NCBI GenBank assembly: GCA_964291215.2
Contig: OZ219790.1
Location: 1,024,001 to 1,088,000 of the forward strand
DNA: 64,000 nt
Direction of reading: 5' to 3'
Source of the DNA: Alphaproteobacteria bacterium
Lineage (GTDB): Bacteria; Pseudomonadota; Alphaproteobacteria; MPNO01; UBA830
Shown here: piece by piece, positions 29,652 to 40,663 of the stretch
Position numbering within the stretch: position 1 is the first letter of the stretch
Layout: every line of letters starts with the position of its first letter
The notes under the pieces: model-generated
The model's input: the letters and a program-made list of their open reading frames with translations, nothing else
What the model was told of the DNA's origin: nothing
Database searches by the model: none
Position numbers and translations under genes: made by a program

Positions 29652-31247
29652 TCAGGTCTGCTCGACCGGCATCGCCGAATCTCCGGCAGCCTGATCGTCG
29701 TCGTCGAACCAGTGCGCCCGTGCCGCCATGATGATCGTGTTTGCCTGCTCGATATCGAGAGCGAAATCGGCAAGGAGTCCCCGACCCTCGCCCTCGCGGT
29801 TGCCCGGTGCGATCAACTCGTCGGCGGCCAGGTCGCCGAGATCGTCGAGAGTCCGGATTCCGGCCTTTCCAAGCGCCACCACCATGGCCGCGGTCAGCGC
29901 CGTTATCGCGGCAACACCGTCCTCGACACCGAGTTCGCGCCGTTCAACCTCAAGCCGCTCTTCCTCCTCTTCAAGAAACACCCGGGCACGCTTGCGCAGT
30001 TCCTCGGCGATCGATTCGTCGAACCCCTCGATGGTCAGCAGATCCTCGAGCGGCACGAACGCCACATCCTCTATGGTCGCGAAACCCTCGGCAACCAGCA
30101 GATGGGCGAGCACATCGTCGACTTCGAGCCCGTCCATGAATGCCTGCGACCGGGTCCGGAATTCCTCCTGCCGGCGCTCCGATTCCTCGTCTTCCGTGAG
30201 AATCAGGATTTCCCATTGCGTGAGCTGAGACGCAAGCCTGACATTCTGGCCGCGCCGACCGATCGCGAAGCTGAGCTGGTCATCCGGCATCACGACCTCA
30301 ATGCGTCGATTGTCCTCGTCGAGTACGACCTTGCTCACCTCTGCCGGCGCAAGCGCGTTGACGATGAACGTCGCGGCGTCGGGCGACCACTGGATGATGT
30401 CGATCTTCTCGCCCTGCAGCTCGCCGACCACGGCCTGGACGCGGCTGCCCCGCATCCCGACGCAGGCGCCGACAGGATCGATGCCCGAATCGTTCGACAA
30501 CACGGCAATCTTGGCACGGCTGCCGGGATCCCGGGCGACCGATTTGATCTCGATGATACCGTCGTAGATCTCCGGCACTTCCTGGGCGAACAGCCTCGCC
30601 ATGAATTGCGGGTGACTCCGCGACAGCAACACCTGTGGCCCGCGTTCCTCGCGCCGCACATCGTAGATATAGGCGCGAATCCTGTCGCCAGGACTGATGG
30701 GCTCGCGCGGAATGCCCTCGCCGCGGCGAATCGTTCCCTCGCCGCGCCCGAGATCGACCACGACATGACCGTAGTCGATACGCTTGATAAGGCCGCTGAC
30801 GATTTCGCCGACGCGATCCTTGAACTCCTCGTATTCGCGCCGGCGTTCGGCCTCGCGCACGGTCTGGACGATGACCTGCTTGGCAGTCTGCGCCGCGATG
30901 CGACCGAAATCGATCGGCGGCAGCGGGTCGACGATGAACTCTCCGGCGACGGCGCCGGCTTTCATGTGCTGGGCTTCGGCCGTCGTGACCTGCGTGATCT
31001 CGTTCTCGATCTCGTCGACGACCTCAAGGTAGCGCGCAAGCTTGATGTCGCCAGTCCGGCGGTCGATGACGGCGCGGACGTCATGATCCTCGCCGTATTT
31101 CTTCTCCGCGGCCCTCTGGATGGCCGCCTCCATCGCGGTCAACACCTCCTCGCGTTCGATCGCCTTCTCGCTCGCGACCGCGTCCGCCATCTGCAGAAGC
31201 TCGCGCCGGTCGTAACCCATCACCGGGATGTTTTCCATGTCTATCAT
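29652..31247 (-). CDS. nusA: transcription termination/antitermination factor NusA
   Basis: FGRIAAQTAKQV, QEVPEIYDG, ARDPGSRAK, AIGRRGQNVRLA; start may be the ATG at 31238. Confidence 0.98.
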   Translation of the reverse strand: MIDMENIPVMGYDRRELLQMADAVASEKAIEREEVLTAMEAAIQRAAEKKYGEDHDVRAVIDRRTGDIKLARYLEVVDEIENEITQVTTAEAQHMKAGAVAGEFIVDPLPPIDFGRIAAQTAKQVIVQTVREAERRREYEEFKDRVGEIVSGLIKRIDYGHVVVDLGRGEGTIRRGEGIPREPISPGDRIRAYIYDVRREERGPQVLLSRSHPQFMARLFAQEVPEIYDGIIEIKSVARDPGSRAKIAVLSNDSGIDPVGACVGMRGSRVQAVVGELQGEKIDIIQWSPDAATFIVNALAPAEVSKVVLDEDNRRIEVVMPDDQLSFAIGRRGQNVRLASQLTQWEILILTEDEESERRQEEFRTRSQAFMDGLEVDDVLAHLLVAEGFATIEDVAFVPLEDLLTIEGFDESIAEELRKRARVFLEEEEERLEVERRELGVEDGVAAITALTAAMVVALGKAGIRTLDDLGDLAADELIAPGNREGEGRGLLADFALDIEQANTIIMAARAHWFDDDDQAAGDSAMPVEQT

Positions 31248-31284
31248 CTGTGCAATCCCGTCTCAGTTCGGCACGACGTGCCGC

Positions 31285-31812
31285 CTAGTCCCGACTGTCT
31301 CCGTCCACCCGCGGACCGTCCGCGGCGCCGGCCCCTCCCTTCGCCGCAATCAGTTCGTCGGTAAGGACGAGCTGCGCACGGGAGATACCGTCGTGGGGAA
31401 CCGCATGCCTGTTCCCGTCCACCTCGATCAGGACGCTTCCGTCCTCTACACCTGCGAGCCTGCCGCGGAAGCGGCGGCGACCGTCGACCGCATCGCGAGT
31501 CTCGATCCGCGCCTCGAAACCCGCAAAACGCTCGAAGTCCGCGATCCGTACCAGCGGCCGATCAATTCCCGGCGAGCTGACCTCAAGCGTGTAGGAGCCC
31601 GAAAGCGGATTCTCGACATCGAGAATCGCCGAAACATCGCGGCTGATCAGTGCACAATCCTCGACCGTCATCTCAGCCCGATCGCGGCGCTCGGCCATGA
31701 TCTGCAACGTCTGGCCAGCGCCTCCGGCCAGCCGCACACGAACGAGATCGTAACCCATCGCATTCAGCGAGGGCTCCACAAGACCCGAGACAGTTTTCTC
31801 CGAACCCCTGAT
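31285..31812 (-). CDS. rimP: ribosome maturation factor RimP
   Basis: GYDLVRV, LQIMAER, YTLEVSSPGIDRPL; start uncertain (GTG 31779 or ATC 31812). Confidence 0.92.
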   Translation of the reverse strand: MRGSEKTVSGLVEPSLNAMGYDLVRVRLAGGAGQTLQIMAERRDRAEMTVEDCALISRDVSAILDVENPLSGSYTLEVSSPGIDRPLVRIADFERFAGFEARIETRDAVDGRRRFRGRLAGVEDGSVLIEVDGNRHAVPHDGISRAQLVLTDELIAAKGGAGAADGPRVDGDSRD

Positions 31813-31893
31813 CTTCGGCTCTCCGTAACGCTAGCCCCGCCTGGCGACGGTTGCAACCTTGCAGCCGCAATTCATCCCGCAGCGCCAGCCAGC

Positions 31894-31920
31894 AAACAAA
31901 AAAGCGGGCATCGCCCGCTC
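31894..31920 (-). terminator. terminator-like hairpin in the rimP leader
   Basis: GCGGGC-GAT-GCCCGC followed by TTTTTTGTTT on the minus strand, between promoter and rimP. Confidence 0.75.
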
Positions 31921-31964
31921 CCCAGTTCCCGTTTTCAGTCATGCCGGTGAATGACCGGTGTCCT

Positions 31965-31993
31965 TTTATAGCCTGTCTCCGTGGCGACGGCAA
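31965..31993 (-). promoter_or_regulatory. putative sigma70 promoter of the rimP-nusA-infB operon
   Basis: TTGCCG-17-TATAAA on the minus strand. Confidence 0.6.
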
Positions 31994-32274
31994 GCGCTGT
32001 GCCGCGGATTCGGCAGGCGTGCAAGCAACTCGGGAGGGGATGCTTCCCGCAGCCGATGGCCAGGATCACCGGTGAAAAGAGCGGCATCCAGCGGAAAGGG
32101 CTTGATGGCTGTCGACCGGCGGTCGGAGGATGCAGCCTTCCCCGTTCCTTCCGGAAGCCATTGGCATCCTTGCCGCCCGATCTCCGACACGCTATGTCAC
32201 GGCTTCCGGTCGACGGCTTGGCGCTTCGGTGAAATCGCTCGGCCTCGCTCATGCTGCGCGGGAGTCTATGGCGC

Positions 32275-33024
32275 ATGGAACTGGGACTTGAGGGAAAGGG
32301 CGTCATCGTGACCGGCGCCAGCAAGGGCATCGGTCGGGCCATCGCCAACGGTTTTGCACGCGAGGGCGCCCGGGTCTCGATCTGCGCACGCGGAGAAGCG
32401 GCCTTGGCCGAAGCGGCTTCGCGGATCGAGGCCGATGGTGGGCAAGTGCACCACGCGGTCTGCGATGTGGCCGACGCGGCCGCGCTCCAGGACTATGTCG
32501 CCCGGGCCCATGCGGCGCTCGGGAAAATTCATGTCCTCGTCAACAACCCGTCCGGCTTCGGTCGAGTCGACAACGAAGAGGGATGGCGCCTCGCGATCGA
32601 AGTCGACCTGATGGCAAGCGTGCGGGCAAGCTGGCACACGGTACCGCTGATAGCCGAATCCGGCGGAGGCGCCATCATTCACATCTCGTCGATTTCCGGG
32701 CTGACCGAAAGCGTCAGGACACCACCCTACGGCGCCATCAAGGCCGCGCTCAACCAGTACACCAGGACTCAGGCGCTCGACCTCGCGGCCCGCGGCATCC
32801 GTGTCAACGCCATCGCACCGGGTTCGATAGAATTTCCGGGCGGCGTCTGGGACCAGGCGCGCAGGGAAAACCCGGAACTTTATGACAGCATCAGGGCGAG
32901 CATACCTTCGGGCCGCCTCGGAGCTACCGACGAAGTCGCATCCCTCGCCGTGTTCCTGGGCTCGGACGCCGGACGCTGGATCACCGGCCAGACAATCGCC
33001 GTCGACGGCGGCCAGATGCTGTAA
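32275..33024 (+). CDS. SDR family NAD(P)-dependent oxidoreductase
   Basis: TGASKGIG, ISSIS, YGAIK, IRVNAIAPG, WITGQTIAVDGG. Confidence 0.93.
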   Translation: MELGLEGKGVIVTGASKGIGRAIANGFAREGARVSICARGEAALAEAASRIEADGGQVHHAVCDVADAAALQDYVARAHAALGKIHVLVNNPSGFGRVDNEEGWRLAIEVDLMASVRASWHTVPLIAESGGGAIIHISSISGLTESVRTPPYGAIKAALNQYTRTQALDLAARGIRVNAIAPGSIEFPGGVWDQARRENPELYDSIRASIPSGRLGATDEVASLAVFLGSDAGRWITGQTIAVDGGQML

Positions 33025-33181
33025 TCCCCTTCCGCCACCGCCTTCTCCCAACCTGCCGATCCAGCGCCGAGCAAGCCTCCAGATGCGGGATCTCGGCTGG
33101 TTGTCACCCGCACGGTGCATTGCAGCGCATCGGTGAGTGCCGTCAGGAAACACACGGCCGGTGTGCGAATCGCGCTCCGGG

Positions 33182-35548
33182 TCAGCCGGCATCGCACCGG
33201 GACGCACCGTCCACACTACCGCCAGAAAGCACCGAATGCGGGCGCGGCGCTGCCGCCTGTCTGAGAGTTTTCCACTCGTCGCGGTCGCGCGCGCCGAGGC
33301 GCATGGACTGCTCGCGTGCGGATTCGTACTGCTTCGGCCAGCGTTGCCCCTCGTGCCCGTACCACGCCGCGGCCTGCAAGGTGAAATGGGGATTGGTCAG
33401 ATGGGGCCGGGCCAGGCAGGCAAGATCGGCCCGGCCCGCAGCAAGGATGGTGTTGACCTGATCCCAGGTGGTGATGTTGCCGACCGCCATGGTCGGGATC
33501 CGGGCTTCGTTCCGGATACGGTCCGAGAACGGCGTCTGGAACATCCTGCCATAGACGGGACGAGCATCCGGCGTCGTCTGTCCCGCGGAAACATCGATGA
33601 TGTCGCAACCATGGTCGCGCAGCGCACGCGCCATCTCGACCGCGTCAGCCGACGTGACCCCCCTGTCTCCGACCCAGTCGGTTGCCGAGATCCGCACCGA
33701 CAACGGTCTCGCTTCGGGCCAGACTGCACGCACGGCATCGAAGACTTCCAGCGGCCAGCGCATGCGATTGGCGAGCGATCCGCCGAAGGCATCGTCCCGC
33801 CAATTGGCAAGCGGCGTGAGAAAACTCGAAAGCAGATAGCCGTGCGCCATGTGCAGTTCGAGCATGTCAGCTCCGGCATCGAACGCCATGCGGGCCGCGG
33901 ACTCGAACTGCGCGGTGACGGCGTCCATGTCGGCGCGCGTCATCTCGCGGGGAACATGCATGTGCTCCGCGTGCGCAAGCGGCGAAGGGCCGATCACCTC
34001 CCAGTTTCCTTCTGGCAGCGGCAGGTCCATGCCGTCCCACGCGACACGGGTCGATCCCTTGCGCCCGCAATGGCCGATCTGGATGGCGAATTTCGCATCG
34101 GACGAACCGTGTACATGGTCGGCGATCCGCTTCCACGCGGCGATGTGTTCCGCCTTGTAGAGGCCGCCGCATCCGGGCGTGATGCGGCCGTCCCTCGAAA
34201 CACACGTCATTTCCGAGAAGATCAGCCCGGCACCGCCATGCGCGAGCGCCCCGAAATGCACGAAGTGGAAGTCCCCGATGGTGCCGTCCTCGGCCGAATA
34301 CATATCCATAGGAGAGACGACAACGCGGTTCTCCAGCGACATGTCGCGAAGCTGGAAGGGCACGAACATGGGTGGCGGCGCGGCAGCGCGTGTTCCGGAA
34401 TCGGCATGCCCCGCTTCCGCGGCAAACCAGCTTTCGACCTCGCTCACGAAGCGGGCGTCGCGCAGGCGCAGAGTCTCGTGGGTTACTGCCTTCGCCCGGG
34501 TGAGCATCGAATAGGTCGCCTGAATCGGCGCGAAACCAGCGTAGCGCCGCGGATCCTCGGTCCAGACGACGCTGACGTCTCCCGCATGCTGCGTCGCCCC
34601 GACCTCCGCCCGGCGCATCTCTTCGAAACGCGGCAACGCGTCGGCGACGGTGCCGGTCTCGACCAAGGCATCGGTCAGCGCGATGGCATCTTCCATCGCA
34701 AGCTTGGTGCCGGAGCCGATCGAATAGTGCGCGGTATGCAGGGCGTCCCCAATGAGCACGATATTGTCGCGATACCAGCGTTCACAGCGGATCACCGAAA
34801 AGCGCCGCCATATCGACCGGTTGGCGTAGAGCCGGTGGCCGTCGAGATAATCGTTCCAGAGTCTCTCCATCCACGCGACCAACCTGTCCCCATCGAGATG
34901 CGCTACCTCGTGACGCGCACTCTCCCACGTCTCCTCGGGCGCCTCGACGATCCAGGTCGCCATGCGATCGCTGTACTGGTATTCGCCGAGCACCCAGATC
35001 CCGTGCCGGTCCTCGGCCCATTGAAAGGTGAATGCAGGGCACGGCTTGTCGCTTCCCATCCAGGCGAAATGATTGCGCCTGAGGTCGAACGAGGGCTGGA
35101 AATGATCCTTGTATGCTTCACGGATGCCGCTGTTGATGCCATCCGCACCGACCACCAGGTCGACGCCCTCCAGACTTGACGGGTCCGGCGCCTCGGTCTC
35201 GAAGTGAAGCTCGACACCGACCTCACGGCAGCGACGCTGCAGGATGCGCAGCAGTTCGACCCGTCCGCAACCGCAGAAACCGTGCCCTCCGGTACGCACG
35301 ACCTGGCCGCCCCAATGCATGTCGATCTCGTCCCAATAGGCGAAGACATTCATGATCGCCGCATGGCTCTCGGGATCGCGGTCGAGAAAATTGCCGAGCG
35401 TCTCGTCGGAAAACACGACACCGAAACCGAACGTGTCATCGGCGCGATTGCGTTCATAGAGTCGGACACGAGCTGCAGGAATCGCCTTCTTCATCAGGAG
35501 CGCACAATAAAGCCCGCCCGGGCCGCCACCCGCGATCACGATGTCCAT
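33182..35548 (-). CDS. bifunctional aryl-CoA monooxygenase/reductase (anthraniloyl-CoA monooxygenase / salicylyl-CoA 5-hydroxylase family)
   Basis: N-terminal FAD monooxygenase ([34 protein letters not shown]) fused to an old-yellow-enzyme barrel ([18 protein letters not shown]); start re-called at 35548. Confidence 0.92.
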   Translation of the reverse strand: MDIVIAGGGPGGLYCALLMKKAIPAARVRLYERNRADDTFGFGVVFSDETLGNFLDRDPESHAAIMNVFAYWDEIDMHWGGQVVRTGGHGFCGCGRVELLRILQRRCREVGVELHFETEAPDPSSLEGVDLVVGADGINSGIREAYKDHFQPSFDLRRNHFAWMGSDKPCPAFTFQWAEDRHGIWVLGEYQYSDRMATWIVEAPEETWESARHEVAHLDGDRLVAWMERLWNDYLDGHRLYANRSIWRRFSVIRCERWYRDNIVLIGDALHTAHYSIGSGTKLAMEDAIALTDALVETGTVADALPRFEEMRRAEVGATQHAGDVSVVWTEDPRRYAGFAPIQATYSMLTRAKAVTHETLRLRDARFVSEVESWFAAEAGHADSGTRAAAPPPMFVPFQLRDMSLENRVVVSPMDMYSAEDGTIGDFHFVHFGALAHGGAGLIFSEMTCVSRDGRITPGCGGLYKAEHIAAWKRIADHVHGSSDAKFAIQIGHCGRKGSTRVAWDGMDLPLPEGNWEVIGPSPLAHAEHMHVPREMTRADMDAVTAQFESAARMAFDAGADMLELHMAHGYLLSSFLTPLANWRDDAFGGSLANRMRWPLEVFDAVRAVWPEARPLSVRISATDWVGDRGVTSADAVEMARALRDHGCDIIDVSAGQTTPDARPVYGRMFQTPFSDRIRNEARIPTMAVGNITTWDQVNTILAAGRADLACLARPHLTNPHFTLQAAAWYGHEGQRWPKQYESAREQSMRLGARDRDEWKTLRQAAAPRPHSVLSGGSVDGASRCDAG

Positions 35549-35663
35549 TGCCTGCCCCCGCCAGAATTGCGCCGCTGGTCCGGCGTTACTATTGTTGTCC
35601 GCAAATGCAGGATACCGCCTGCCCGTTCCGTGTGAAGAGACGGGACCGTACCTCAAAAGAGCG

Positions 35664-36989
35664 ATGCCGGAACCATCTGAATACCAGCCGGACAGGACCC
35701 TGCCAGCCTCGCGCGAGCACATCGCCCGCATCCAGAGCGCGCGCAAGCGCGTCCAGTTCGCGCACGCCCGCAAGGCGCGATGGTACCGGGGCAGGCTGGA
35801 CGACATCGATCCCGAGCGGCTGGACGATCCGGATCAGTGGGCAAGGATCCCGATCATCGACAAGGACACGTTGCGGCAGTGGAACCATGACGAGTTTCTG
35901 CAACAGATCAGCATTGCGGAGTTCGGAGAGATCTCGGAGTACTGGCGCTCCGGCGGCTCCACCGGCCGCCCCGTATTCTATCCCCGCACCTTCGAGGACG
36001 TGACGTACGGCCTTCTCTCCTGGGGCCGCTCCTTTCCGTGCATCGGCATCAGTACCGGCGACCTGTGCCATATCTCGTTTCCGATCGGGCTCCATCCCGC
36101 CGGCCAGATCTGGGCGCGGAGCGCGCACGATTACGGAATTGGCATGAGCTGGATCGGTTCCGGCGCTGCGGTCCCGTCGGCCACGCAGATCGAGCTCATC
36201 TCGGTGCTGCGGCCGACCGTGCTCATTGCCATGCCCAGCTTCGCGCTGCATCTCGCCAACCTGGCGGACGCCGAAGGCATCGACCTCGCCGCCAGCACCG
36301 TCACAAGGATTATCACCTCGGCCGAAACGCTGTCCGAAGCGAAGCGCCGCAAGCTCGAGCAAATGTGGGGCGCCGAAGTCTTCGACGTGTTCGGCATGTC
36401 GGAATCCGGCCTGATGGGAGCCGAAGGGCCGGCCCATGACGGCATCCACATCTGGACCGACATGTTCCATATCGAGGTCGTCGATCCCGAAAGCGGACGG
36501 GAAGTGCCGCACGGAGAAACCGGGACGTTGTGCGTGACCCCGCTCTTTACCGGCCACGCAACGCCGTTCCTGCGCTGGAATTCCGGGGATATCGTCTCGT
36601 ATGTCGATCGCGGCGGGAGCGGCACACGGGAGGCGGAGCTGTTTCCCATGATCCGGCACAGCCGCCGGACGACCGGATTCTTCAAGATCCGCGGCGTCAA
36701 CGTGAACCATGCCGAGTTCGAGGACCACATGTTTTCCATTGCAGGCGTCGGCGACTTTCAGGGCGTGCTGTCGACCGGCCCCAGCGGCCTGGAATTCCTG
36801 ACGGTGCGGACGGAAGCGAGGCGGGGCCAGGATCCCGAACCGCTGGCGCGGGAACTGGTGGCCGGAATCCGGCGCAGTTTCGAGATCACGCCGCAGGTCG
36901 AGATACTGGAAACCGGGACGCTTGCCCGGGCATTCGAAAACACGATCAAGGCGTCCCGCTTTGTCGACGAGCGCGAGCAGACGCGCTGA
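35664..36989 (+). CDS. phenylacetate--CoA ligase (PaaK)-family protein
   Basis: [37 protein letters not shown]; start re-called at 35664. Confidence 0.85.
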   Translation: MPEPSEYQPDRTLPASREHIARIQSARKRVQFAHARKARWYRGRLDDIDPERLDDPDQWARIPIIDKDTLRQWNHDEFLQQISIAEFGEISEYWRSGGSTGRPVFYPRTFEDVTYGLLSWGRSFPCIGISTGDLCHISFPIGLHPAGQIWARSAHDYGIGMSWIGSGAAVPSATQIELISVLRPTVLIAMPSFALHLANLADAEGIDLAASTVTRIITSAETLSEAKRRKLEQMWGAEVFDVFGMSESGLMGAEGPAHDGIHIWTDMFHIEVVDPESGREVPHGETGTLCVTPLFTGHATPFLRWNSGDIVSYVDRGGSGTREAELFPMIRHSRRTTGFFKIRGVNVNHAEFEDHMFSIAGVGDFQGVLSTGPSGLEFLTVRTEARRGQDPEPLARELVAGIRRSFEITPQVEILETGTLARAFENTIKASRFVDEREQTR

Positions 36990-37071
36990 CAGCGGACGGA
37001 TTCGGCCAGCATACAGCGCCAGGGCGGCAGTTGCCGGATCGTCATCCCTTGTAGCAGCAGGTTCGCCGGCG

Positions 37072-37776
37072 TCAGGATGGCCTGCGAGGCCTCCTCACAT
37101 AGCGGAGGAAGGTACTGGCGCGCCCGGCCGCCGCGGCCTTCCGTTCGTAACGGGTCGGCGGCCAGTCGGCTGTCCGGTTCCCCCGGTCCGCCCCGGATAT
37201 CTCCGCAAAGGCCTCGTGGCCGTCGACATGATCCAGGATCCACTCGAGATAGCCTGGGTCATCAGTAGCCATCCGCAGCTCGGAACCGTCGCCCATGATG
37301 CGGGCAAGATGTGACAGTACCGGCCCCGAGACGATGCGGCGCTTGTGATGGCGCGCCTTCGGCCAAGGATCGGGAAACAGGATGAAGACGCGGCCTATCG
37401 AGGCCTCCGGCAACTCGGCAAGGAGGAGTCTCGCATCATCGCGGAAGAGGCGGATATTGCTGATGTTCCGCGTCTCGACCTCGGCGAGAAGTCTTGCCAC
37501 GCCGTTCACGAACGGCTCGCATCCGATCATGCCGATGCCGGGATTCCGTGACGCCTGCCAAGCGAGATGCTCGCCGCCGCCGAACCCGATCTCGAGCCAG
37601 ATATCGTCGACCTCGGAAGAAAATAGCGCCGCCGGCGCAACCGGCTCGCCCGGCGTCAACCGGATGTCAAGCGCCGGCAGCAGGCCGGCAACGAGTTCGC
37701 GCTGGCCGGAGCGGAGCCGCCTGCCACGGCGGCGGCCGTATAGTATCCGGCGGCGCGGGCGTGGCCCGTCGCTCAC
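37072..37776 (-). CDS. trmB: tRNA (guanine(46)-N7)-methyltransferase
   Basis: [34 protein letters not shown]; GTGA overlap with the metK stop. Confidence 0.96.
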   Translation of the reverse strand: MSDGPRPRRRILYGRRRGRRLRSGQRELVAGLLPALDIRLTPGEPVAPAALFSSEVDDIWLEIGFGGGEHLAWQASRNPGIGMIGCEPFVNGVARLLAEVETRNISNIRLFRDDARLLLAELPEASIGRVFILFPDPWPKARHHKRRIVSGPVLSHLARIMGDGSELRMATDDPGYLEWILDHVDGHEAFAEISGADRGNRTADWPPTRYERKAAAAGRASTFLRYVRRPRRPS

Positions 37777-38945
37777 GCGAGCGCGGATCGCAGGTCGTCG
37801 ACGAGATCCGTCCGCTCCCACGAGAACCCGCCGTCCTCGTCGGGCTCGCGCCCGAAATGGCCATAGGCTGCGGTGCGTCCGTAGATCGGGCGGCTAAGAC
37901 CCAGGCGCTCTCGAATTCCCCGGGGCGAGAGATCGACGACATCGCCCTTCCGGATCACGTCGGCGAGGCGATCCTCGTCGACGGTCGCCGTCCCGCAGGT
38001 GTCAACGTAGACCGAGAGCGGTTTGGATACCCCGATGGCATAGGAGACCTGAATAACGCATTTGTCGGCGAGGCCGGCCGCAACGACATTCTTGGCGACC
38101 CATCTCGCGGCATAGGCTGCCGAACGGTCGACCTTGCTCGGATCCTTGCCGGAAAACGCGCCGCCACCATGCGGCGCTGCGCCGCCATAGGTGTCGACGA
38201 TGATCTTGCGTCCGGTGAGTCCGCAGTCACCGTCCGGGCCGCCGATGACGAAGCGACCGGTGGGGTTGACGTAGAATTCCTCCTCGCCGCACATCCAGCC
38301 GTCGGGCAGAACCTTCTCGACATGGGGGCGGACGATCTCGCGCACCTGGTCCGCATCCAGATCTTCGTCATGCTGCGTCGACACAACCACCGATTTCGCC
38401 CGCTTCGGCATGCCATCCTCGTATTCGAGCGTCACCTGGCTCTTCGAATCGGGTCCAAGGCCGGGTTCGGCACCGCCATGCCGGGCCTCGGCAAGCGAGC
38501 CCAGAATCCTGTGGGCGTAATGAAGCGGGGCCGGCATCAGCGTGTCCGTCTCGTTGCACGCGTAGCCGAACATCAGGCCCTGGTCTCCCGCGCCTTCGTC
38601 CTTGTTGCCCGCGGCATCGACTCCGATCGCTATGTCGCCGGACTGCCGGTGCAAATGATTCTCGAAACTCGCCTCCTCCCAGTGAAACCCGTCTTGCTCG
38701 TATCCGATGTCCCTGACGGCGTCGCGCACCAGCCCCTCCAGCGCCGAGGATACCGATTCGGGTCCCCGGATTTCTCCGGCGATGACGATCCGGTTGGTCG
38801 TCGTCAGCGTCTCGCATGCCACCCTGGCCAACGGATCGGCAGCGAGATAGGCGTCGACGACAACATCCGAAATCCGGTCGGAGACCTTGTCGGGATGTCC
38901 CTCGGATACCGATTCGCTGGTAAAGAGAAAGTTGCCTCGTGTCAC
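37773..38945 (-). CDS. metK: S-adenosylmethionine synthetase
   Basis: [36 protein letters not shown]. Confidence 0.99.
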   Translation of the reverse strand: MTRGNFLFTSESVSEGHPDKVSDRISDVVVDAYLAADPLARVACETLTTTNRIVIAGEIRGPESVSSALEGLVRDAVRDIGYEQDGFHWEEASFENHLHRQSGDIAIGVDAAGNKDEGAGDQGLMFGYACNETDTLMPAPLHYAHRILGSLAEARHGGAEPGLGPDSKSQVTLEYEDGMPKRAKSVVVSTQHDEDLDADQVREIVRPHVEKVLPDGWMCGEEEFYVNPTGRFVIGGPDGDCGLTGRKIIVDTYGGAAPHGGGAFSGKDPSKVDRSAAYAARWVAKNVVAAGLADKCVIQVSYAIGVSKPLSVYVDTCGTATVDEDRLADVIRKGDVVDLSPRGIRERLGLSRPIYGRTAAYGHFGREPDEDGGFSWERTDLVDDLRSALA

Positions 38946-39055
38946 TGAAGATCTCCCGGCGGCGCGTTATCACAGCATGACCGGGAGTTCCGGACACACA
39001 TCGCCACCGCAGGACCGTTGCGCCGCCCGGCTTCGGTCACGGAGACCCGGCTTCG

Positions 39056-40663
39056 TCATCCGCCAAGCCGAAGGCAGCCCCCTGCCCTGTTCCCGGCCCG
39101 GCGCCGGTACATAACCAAAACCCCGCCGAAAATCAAAATCACCGCGGCTGCTGCCGGAATGTTCCCGAATCGCGCATAGAGAGTCTGCCCAACAGCCGGC
39201 CCCGGCAGCGGGGCATCGATCACGCCGCGCTCTCCGAGGGAGAGCCGATTCGCGACGCGGCCGTAGGCGTCGACAACACCGGAAATCCCTGTATTGGCCG
39301 CACGCACCAGCGGCAGCCCCTCCTCGACAGCGCGCATGCGCGCGGCCGCAAAATGCTGATAGGGTCCACTGCTGTAACCGAACCACGCATCGTTGGTCAC
39401 GTTCAAAAGCCACCGCGGACGTTCTCCGGAAGCGACGACAGCGCCGGGAAAGATCACCTCGTAGCAGATCAGCGGGCTGAACGGCGGCAGCCCCTGCAGA
39501 TCCAGCGTCCGCGGACCCGGACCGGCCGAAAAATCTATCCGCCCGGGGGTCAGCTTGGCCAGCGGCAATATGCCGCGCAGCGGCACGTACTCCCCGAGCG
39601 GAACCAGATGATGCTTGTCGTAGACTCCGGCCAGGCCGCCATCGTGATCCACGGCGATGACGCTGTTCCAGGCTGCGGTCGCCCGCCCGCCCGGACCGCG
39701 GCGCACTCTCACCGCGCCGGTCACCAGCAGGCCGCCCCTCGGCACGACCGCCCGGACGAGAGGCCGGTTCCGCGGATCGGCCAGCATCGACAGTCGGACC
39801 GCAGCCTCCGGCCAGATCACATGGGTCGCGCCGCCGCCGGCTTGCTCCATGCTCATCAGGGCGAGACGGCGGAGTCCGGCCTGCCGGCGGTCGCTGCGAA
39901 TCTTGTCGCGCTGGTCGACATTGGGCTGGACGATGCGCAGGCGGACCTCCGGCACCGTCCCGTCCGGCGCCGTCGCAAGGCGGACGGCGCCCGCCGCGCC
40001 GAATGCCGCCAGCAGGAGGACTCCGGAAACCGCGGCGGGCCATCTCAGGCGGCCCGGCGCGGCGAGCGCGCCAAACGCGGCGGCTGCATAGACGGTGACC
40101 ATCGATAACCCGTAAACTCCGATCCATGCCGCCGCCTGAAGAACCGGTGGAACCGCGACCCAGACGGTCCCGACGGAGTTCCAGGGAAAGCCGGTCAGCA
40201 CCCAGCCCCGCAACCATTCGAACATGGCCCACGCCGCCGCCAACAGGCAAATCCGCATGATCCCCGACGGCCAAAAACGATGTGCCACGAGGGTTGCCAT
40301 GCCGATAAAGAGCGCGAGGGCGCAGGACAGGCCGAGAACCACCGCCGGTATCATCCAGGCGAACCGAGCGGCCTCGACAAGGAAGGCATTGGCCACCCAG
40401 TACAGGCCGGCTGCGAAATAACCGACACCGAACAGCCAGCCGTCAAGAAACGCCCTGCGGCGGCTGTCGGCACCGTCAAGAAGCCATACCAGCCCGGCAA
40501 AGGCGACGACGAGGCCCGGCAGGACATGCAGCGGTGCCTGCGCGGCAACCGCAGGGACGCCGAGCCCGGCCGCCGTCAGCCAGCGCCGCCAGCCCCGAAG
40601 ATCCCCGACGCGCCGGGCGAGAAACCCGATGCGGCCGACCGCCGGCCCCGAATCAGCAGCCAT
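39056..40663 (-). CDS. lnt: apolipoprotein N-acyltransferase
   Basis: LTGFPW, WPEA, YDKHHLVPLGEY, PLICYE, TNDAWFG, RAANTGIS. Confidence 0.96.
   Translation of the reverse strand: MAADSGPAVGRIGFLARRVGDLRGWRRWLTAAGLGVPAVAAQAPLHVLPGLVVAFAGLVWLLDGADSRRRAFLDGWLFGVGYFAAGLYWVANAFLVEAARFAWMIPAVVLGLSCALALFIGMATLVAHRFWPSGIMRICLLAAAWAMFEWLRGWVLTGFPWNSVGTVWVAVPPVLQAAAWIGVYGLSMVTVYAAAAFGALAAPGRLRWPAAVSGVLLLAAFGAAGAVRLATAPDGTVPEVRLRIVQPNVDQRDKIRSDRRQAGLRRLALMSMEQAGGGATHVIWPEAAVRLSMLADPRNRPLVRAVVPRGGLLVTGAVRVRRGPGGRATAAWNSVIAVDHDGGLAGVYDKHHLVPLGEYVPLRGILPLAKLTPGRIDFSAGPGPRTLDLQGLPPFSPLICYEVIFPGAVVASGERPRWLLNVTNDAWFGYSSGPYQHFAAARMRAVEEGLPLVRAANTGISGVVDAYGRVANRLSLGERGVIDAPLPGPAVGQTLYARFGNIPAAAAVILIFGGVLVMYRRRAGNRAGGCLRLGG

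Noticed and set aside
27534-31364. 1276-aa plus-strand ORF antisense to infB-ylxR-nusA
   Set aside because: Shadow ORF. The three real genes share one codon register (gaps of 9 and 6 nt), and high-GC codon usage avoids TTA/CTA/TCA in frame, so the mirror frame stays open. No recognisable motifs.
33137-35179. 680-aa antisense ORF, and similar ones at 3344-5062, 22797-24086, 41793-44656 and 62268-63656
   Set aside because: All mirror well-supported genes on the opposite strand and have the Arg/His/Gly-rich composition of antisense frames.
38946-39055. Possible SAM or SAM/SAH riboswitch upstream of metK (CAACGG-TCCTG resembles part of the SAM/SAH loop)
   Set aside because: The CUUCC pseudoknot segment and the GUCAC/GUGAC stem are missing and no SAM-II motifs are seen. 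An Infernal scan would be needed to revive it.
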